A stretch of DNA of 30,213 bases from Clostridia bacterium (GTDB lineage: Bacteria > Bacillota > Clostridia > Oscillospirales > CAG-272), in assembly GCA_024404475.1 (NCBI GenBank), contig JAKSPV010000001.1, positions 1 to 30,213 on the forward strand, in the 5' to 3' direction. The notes below the pieces were generated by a model. The model was not told the DNA's origin. It worked only from the letters and a program-made list of their open reading frames with translations, and searched no databases. This document shows positions 25,792-30,213 of this stretch, one piece after another. The translations under genes were made by a program, and so were the position numbers. Every line of letters starts with the position of its first letter. The first letter of the stretch is position 1.

Positions 25792-27315
25792 TCAACGAAT
25801 GAATACGGGGTTCGAGATCGCGTAGATCGCTTTCGCGCCGAGCACTTCGACGAGCACCCAGTCGCCCGAGACGAGCGAGGAGATCGTCACGTCACCCTCG
25901 AACGAGGTGCCGTTCACTTCGATCTCGCGGACGGTCTCGCCGTTCACGACGAAGCGGATCTTTTCCATGCCTTCGCGGCACGTTACGCTGCCGCTGAAGG
26001 TGAGTTCACCGCTTTCGGCGTCGGCAGTCTCGCCGAAGATCGCGCCGTTCGCGGTGAGGGTCATAACGGGGCCGTTCGTCAGGTAGGAGTGACCGTTCCT
26101 GACGGCGTCGAGAATGTTCTCCTGGTTGATCTCGCTGTCGCCGAGGTACACGTAGGTGGCGATGCAGCCGCTGTACTTGCCGGCGTAGCGGCAGTAGTTT
26201 TGGTACTCGGAGAGCTTCGTGAACGTCTCCGGGAACTGATTGCGGACTTCTGCGGAGGCGTAGCCCGTGGAGTCGTGGTTGTCCGTACCGCTGGTCGCGG
26301 CGATGAACGCGCCGCCTTCCTTGACGCGGTTCAGAAGCGAATACCAAAGGAGTTTCGCCTGGTAGTTCTGGTTGTCGGTGTTCATCGTTTCAAACCGGCC
26401 GTCGGGCACCGTGAAATATGAGTTCCAGATCTCAATGGTGTCAAAGTTTTCGAACAGTTCGTAGTCGGTCGCGTCGAGAAAGTTCATCGCGCCCATGTTG
26501 GTGATCGAGTACGGGTGGTTGATCTGCGAAACGCCGCCCTGCAGGCGGATCTGCCGGGCGATGTAGACGATCTTGTCGCGGCAGATGGCGTTCTTGTCCT
26601 TGTTGGCGCGTTCCGCGTCGGTCAGGTTGATCTCATACTTGTCGTAGGTCATGCCGGTGCCGATGCTCTGGAAATGACCGAATTCCGTCGTGACTTCGCT
26701 GCCCGCCATGCCGAGGAAATTGCGGTGCGCGCCGGCCGCGTCCGTCAGAACGTTGATCGCGTTCGTTTCACGCCATTCCGGAACGCCGCGGGAGGTGTTG
26801 TGGTCGGTCAGGAAGCCCCAGTACATGCCGGTCGCCGCATTGGCAATGGCGAGGTCGGTAATGGAATCCGCGCCGTCGGAATAGGTGCTGTGCATGTGGA
26901 GGTCGCCGGCGATCCAGCCGTCTGCATACGAATCGGAAAGCTGATTCAGACGCACGTCGCGGAGGAAGTACGTTTTCAGACTTTCGACTTCGATCGTCGT
27001 CGTATAGGTGTTGAATTCAAAGCCCTTGGTGAAGGTCAGCGTGTATTTGCCGGGCGCCAGCTCGAGGTGATAGCCGCCGAAGGCGTTCGTCGTCTCCATG
27101 TGGCAGTTGTTTTCTTCGTCCACGATGATGATGCCGGCGATCATCATGTCGCCGTCGCCGGACAGGACCTTGCCGCGCACGTTGCCGGCAGGCGCGGAGG
27201 TGTTATCCGTGATGACCGCCGGGGTGTCGGCTTCCTCTTTCCCACAGGAGAAAAGGGCGGCCGGAAACATCAGAACGGCAAGCAGCAGAGAAACGAAACG
27301 CAGTGTCTTTTTCAT
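25792..27315 (-). CDS. PHP-superfamily metallohydrolase lipoprotein (CehA/McbA-like) with an N-terminal beta-sandwich
   Basis: Signal peptide ending LFS-C; carboxypeptidase-regulatory-like module (LELAPGKYTLTFTKG). Full PHP ligand set: GDLHMHS..SDG, TDHN, GSEVT..GH, INHP, IEIWN, GTDNH, GHSYLTNGP. Confidence 0.85.
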   Translation of the reverse strand: MKKTLRFVSLLLAVLMFPAALFSCGKEEADTPAVITDNTSAPAGNVRGKVLSGDGDMMIAGIIIVDEENNCHMETTNAFGGYHLELAPGKYTLTFTKGFEFNTYTTTIEVESLKTYFLRDVRLNQLSDSYADGWIAGDLHMHSTYSDGADSITDLAIANAATGMYWGFLTDHNTSRGVPEWRETNAINVLTDAAGAHRNFLGMAGSEVTTEFGHFQSIGTGMTYDKYEINLTDAERANKDKNAICRDKIVYIARQIRLQGGVSQINHPYSITNMGAMNFLDATDYELFENFDTIEIWNSYFTVPDGRFETMNTDNQNYQAKLLWYSLLNRVKEGGAFIAATSGTDNHDSTGYASAEVRNQFPETFTKLSEYQNYCRYAGKYSGCIATYVYLGDSEINQENILDAVRNGHSYLTNGPVMTLTANGAIFGETADAESGELTFSGSVTCREGMEKIRFVVNGETVREIEVNGTSFEGDVTISSLVSGDWVLVEVLGAKAIYAISNPVFIR

Positions 27316-27355
27316 GAAAATCTCCCCATTCCGCTGTACAATATTTAAAATCGTA

Positions 27356-27384
27356 TTGACAACTATCTAATCTAATGATATGAT
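27356..27384 (+). promoter_or_regulatory. sigmaA promoter of the AraC gene
   Basis: TTGACA-17 nt-TATGAT with a TGn extension. Confidence 0.75.
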
Positions 27385-27423
27385 CTTTTTATACAGATTT
27401 CAAGCGGAGAAAAACCAAAAACC

Positions 27424-28317
27424 ATGCAGTTTGATTCAAATGTTGCAATTTTCGACACGGTCGATTTGTCGATCGAGCACCCTTTTTCGCCGGAGGGCTC
27501 GCTTTTCACTTATTATCCGTCCGCGTCGCCGAAAATGTTCCATTATCATAACTTTCTGGAGCTCGGTTACTGCGAAAGCGGCACGGGCGTGTTCAACATC
27601 GACGGCCGACCCGTGCCGTTCCACGGCAGGTGTACGTCGGTGATCTATGACGGGCAGGTGCATATCGCACAGAGCATCAACAGCGAGGGAAGTCTCTGGC
27701 ATTTTCTCTATATCGACCTCAACTGCCTCTTCGCCGACTGTGAATTCGCCGGCGTCGATTTTCTGAAACGGATGAAATTTAATAACTGGAAAAATTACGA
27801 GTTCCCGTCGATTTTGCCGGAGGCGGAGTATCCGGCGTTTTACGCGCTTTGCCGTGATATTCTGGACGAGTGCGCCGCCATGCGCGGCAACGCGATCCAG
27901 ACGGTGCAGGGGCTGACGTATTCGCTTCTCAAAAAGCACGAGCGCCTTTTTGCCGAGATGCCCGCCGCCGTCCGGCAGCGCGGGAGCGTCCCGAGCCTCG
28001 TGCAGGAACTCGGCCCGACCCTGAACTACATCAACAAGAACTACCGCGAAAACATCACGATCGACGACCTCGTCTCCGTCGCCAAAATGAGCAAGAGTAA
28101 CCTCCAACGGAAGATGATCGCCTGCACGGGAAAAGCGCCGGTGCAGTATATCCGTCATCTGCGGCTGAAATACGCGACCGCGCTGCTTCTGGACGATACG
28201 AAAACGGTCGCGGAGATCGCGGAACTTGTCGGTTATAACCTTTCGAGTTTCAACCGCCAGTTTCTGAAAGAGTACGGGGTGACGCCTACGGCATGGCGGA
28301 AAAACGGAACGATCTGA
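27424..28317 (+). CDS. AraC/XylS family transcriptional regulator with a cupin sensor domain
   Basis: FHYHNFLELGYCESGTG cupin; LNYINKNYRENITIDDL, LRLKYATALL, AELVGY..SSFNRQF.KEYGVTP..WR. Confidence 0.93.
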   Translation: MQFDSNVAIFDTVDLSIEHPFSPEGSLFTYYPSASPKMFHYHNFLELGYCESGTGVFNIDGRPVPFHGRCTSVIYDGQVHIAQSINSEGSLWHFLYIDLNCLFADCEFAGVDFLKRMKFNNWKNYEFPSILPEAEYPAFYALCRDILDECAAMRGNAIQTVQGLTYSLLKKHERLFAEMPAAVRQRGSVPSLVQELGPTLNYINKNYRENITIDDLVSVAKMSKSNLQRKMIACTGKAPVQYIRHLRLKYATALLLDDTKTVAEIAELVGYNLSSFNRQFLKEYGVTPTAWRKNGTI

Positions 28318-28356
28318 CCGGCGGAAAAGCAGATATTTTATCACAACACACAAAAG

Positions 28357-28386
28357 CGGCGGGGAAGCAAATCCCCGCCGGTTTTT
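28357..28386 (+). terminator. Intrinsic terminator after the AraC gene
   Basis: cggcgggga-6 nt-tccccgccg followed by gttttt. Confidence 0.8.
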
Positions 28387-28426
28387 GTAAATAAACGGAT
28401 GCTTTTGAGGAAATACATCCTTTTTC

Positions 28427-28455
28427 TTGACTTTTTCGCAGGATAGAGTTATAAT
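28427..28455 (+). promoter_or_regulatory. sigmaA promoter of the polysaccharide locus
   Basis: TTGACT-17 nt-TATAAT. Confidence 0.8.
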
Positions 28456-28515
28456 TACTATGTCTAACTATAATCTAAGGAAGTGTGCGCTCGGTTGCGA
28501 CGGAAAGGCAGAACA

Positions 28516-29742
28516 ATGGAACTGAAACCGTTCGAAAAAAGAATATGGCTTTCCTCACCGACGATGCACGGCGAAGAACTCCGGTATATGACCGAGGCAT
28601 ACTCGACCAACTGGATGTCGACGGTCGGTGAAAACATCAATGAAATCGAGCGTATTGCCGCCGCAAAGATCGGTGTCGGTTACGCCGTTGCTCTTTCTTC
28701 CGGTACGTCTGCGCTCCACATGGCAACGAAACTGGCCGGCGAGCGTCTGTACGGAAAAACGGCATTGGGGAAAGGCGCTCTTTCCGGCCACCGAGTTTTC
28801 TGCTCGGATATGACGTTCAGTGCGACCGTCAACCCGGTTGTCTACGAAGGCGGCGTTCCCGTGTTCGTTGATACTGAGCGCGGCACGTGGAACATGAGCC
28901 CCGCTGCTTTGGAAAAAGCGTTTGCCGAATATCCGGATGTCAAACTGATTGTTACTGCACATCTTTACGGCACGCCCGGCCGGATCGACCGGATCCGTGA
29001 GATCGCCGACCGACACGGGGCGCTCCTCGTTGAGGATGCCGCGGAATCCTTCGGCGCTTCGCTTGGCGGAAAACAGACCGGCTCGTTCGGTGATTACGGC
29101 TGCATCTCGTTCAACGGGAACAAGATCATTACCGGCTCATCCGGCGGGATGTTCCTGACGGATACGAAAGAGGACGCGGAAACGGTGCGGAAATGGTCGA
29201 CGCAGAGCCGCGAGAACGCACCATGGTACCAGCACGAGGAACTCGGTTATAACTACCGTATGAGCAATGTCATCGCCGGCGTCGTTCGCGGCCAGCTGCC
29301 GCATCTCGAAGAACATATCGCGGCAAAAAAAGCGATCTACGAGCGGTACCGGGACGGCTTCCGCGACCTGCCCGTCACGATGAATCCGTTTGACGCTGAC
29401 CATACGGAGCCGAATTTCTGGCTTTCCTGCCTTCTCATCGATGAGGAGGCGATGTGCTGCCAGACGAGAAATGATTCGGCTGCCGCCTATACGAAAGAGC
29501 AGGGCAAGACCTGTCCGACGGAGATCCTCGAAACGCTTGCCGCGTACCGCGCGGAGGGAAGACCGATCTGGAAACCGATGCATATGCAGCCCATTTTCAA
29601 GGCAAATTCCTTTGTTTCTCTTGAGGGGGAAGACGTCGGTGCTGATATTTTCCGGCGCGGGTTCTGTCTTCCGTCTGATAACAAGATGACTCCTGACGAG
29701 CAGGACACCGTGATCGCGATCGTCAGAAAATGTTTTGCGTGA
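28516..29742 (+). CDS. DegT/DnrJ/EryC1/StrS sugar aminotransferase (PglE/EpsN-like)
   Basis: Start re-called at ATG 28516. ALSSGTSALH, TFSATVNP, HLYG, EDAAES, SFNGNKIIT (PLP Lys), GYNYRMSN, RPIWKPMH, GFCLPS. Confidence 0.93.
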   Translation: MELKPFEKRIWLSSPTMHGEELRYMTEAYSTNWMSTVGENINEIERIAAAKIGVGYAVALSSGTSALHMATKLAGERLYGKTALGKGALSGHRVFCSDMTFSATVNPVVYEGGVPVFVDTERGTWNMSPAALEKAFAEYPDVKLIVTAHLYGTPGRIDRIREIADRHGALLVEDAAESFGASLGGKQTGSFGDYGCISFNGNKIITGSSGGMFLTDTKEDAETVRKWSTQSRENAPWYQHEELGYNYRMSNVIAGVVRGQLPHLEEHIAAKKAIYERYRDGFRDLPVTMNPFDADHTEPNFWLSCLLIDEEAMCCQTRNDSAAAYTKEQGKTCPTEILETLAAYRAEGRPIWKPMHMQPIFKANSFVSLEGEDVGADIFRRGFCLPSDNKMTPDEQDTVIAIVRKCFA

Positions 29743-29752
29743 GGAACGTGCC

Positions 29753-30213
29753 ATGTACATAAAGTTTGGAAAACGACTTTTGGATGTCATCGTTTCCTTT
29801 TTGTCGATCGTCCTTTTGTCACCGCTTTTTCTTGCGCTGATCATTGTCGGCGCCTTTGCGATGCGGGGCAATCCTTTCTTTACACAAGAGCGCCCGGGCA
29901 AAAATGAAAAGATATTCCGTCTCGTCAAATTCCGCACGATGAATAACCGGACGGATGAGAACGGCGAGCTGCTGCCGGACGCCGTGCGGCTGAACCGCTA
30001 CGGCAGATTCCTGCGTTCCACGAGTCTCGACGAGCTGCCGGAGCTTTTCAACATTCTGGTCGGTCAGATGTCGCTTGTCGGTCCGCGGCCGCTGCTGGTC
30101 AAATATCTGCCGCTTTATAATGAGTATCAGCACCGCCGTCACGACGTTCTGCCGGGGCTGACCGGCTGGGCGCAGGTCAACGGCAGAAACCTCTGTTCGT
30201 GGGAAGAAAAATT
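29753..30213 (+). CDS. Initiating phosphoglycosyl transferase (PglC/EpsL-like sugar transferase), truncated by the window edge; not in the supplied ORF track
   Basis: RBS GAGGA, then MYIKFGKRLLDV..FTQERPGK..KFRTM..FLRSTSLDELPEL.N...G.MSLVGPRP..PGLTGWAQVNGRN. Confidence 0.93.
   Translation, partial: MYIKFGKRLLDVIVSFLSIVLLSPLFLALIIVGAFAMRGNPFFTQERPGKNEKIFRLVKFRTMNNRTDENGELLPDAVRLNRYGRFLRSTSLDELPELFNILVGQMSLVGPRPLLVKYLPLYNEYQHRRHDVLPGLTGWAQVNGRNLCSWEEK

Noticed and set aside
27316-27423. AraC binding sites and a minus-strand promoter for the PHP operon
   Set aside because: There are short TCTAA repeats and several weak -10 candidates, but none could be assigned with confidence.
28516-29742. 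Possible GC mosaicism or HGT in the aminotransferase gene
   Set aside because: Spot counts of 60-nt lines ranged from about 45% to 68% GC, with several near 57-60%. This is not clearly beyond normal variation without a computed profile.

Overview
GC-rich, gene-dense chromosomal window from an anaerobic Firmicute (Clostridia-like), inferred from strong GGAGG RBSs, consensus sigmaA promoters, the argCJBD order, an [FeFe]-hydrogenase and lipoproteins. From left to right: (1) the end of a type IV pilus/competence operon, with a FimV-C-like fragment, a tail-anchored tandem PRC-barrel protein, PilD and PilB; (2) a ydjI/ydjG/ydjH-like SPFH, Zn-ribbon and TPM operon with a fourth unknown gene and no pspA; (3) a half-size EamA transporter; (4) argC-argJ followed by an in-frame argB-argD fusion; (5) xylA-xylB; (6) a two-gene GltD/NfnB-like flavoprotein plus [FeFe]-hydrogenase unit; (7) a seven-gene uptake/catabolic operon (PHP metallohydrolase lipoprotein, DUF4430 transcobalamin-like lipoprotein, BMP-family ABC transporter, ADP-ribosylglycohydrolase) divergent from an AraC regulator, which is the best candidate for an undescribed system; (8) the start of a polysaccharide locus (DegT aminotransferase, PglC-like transferase). 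I saw no rRNA, tRNA, CRISPR array or mobile element. All family assignments come from motif recognition by eye; no database search was run.
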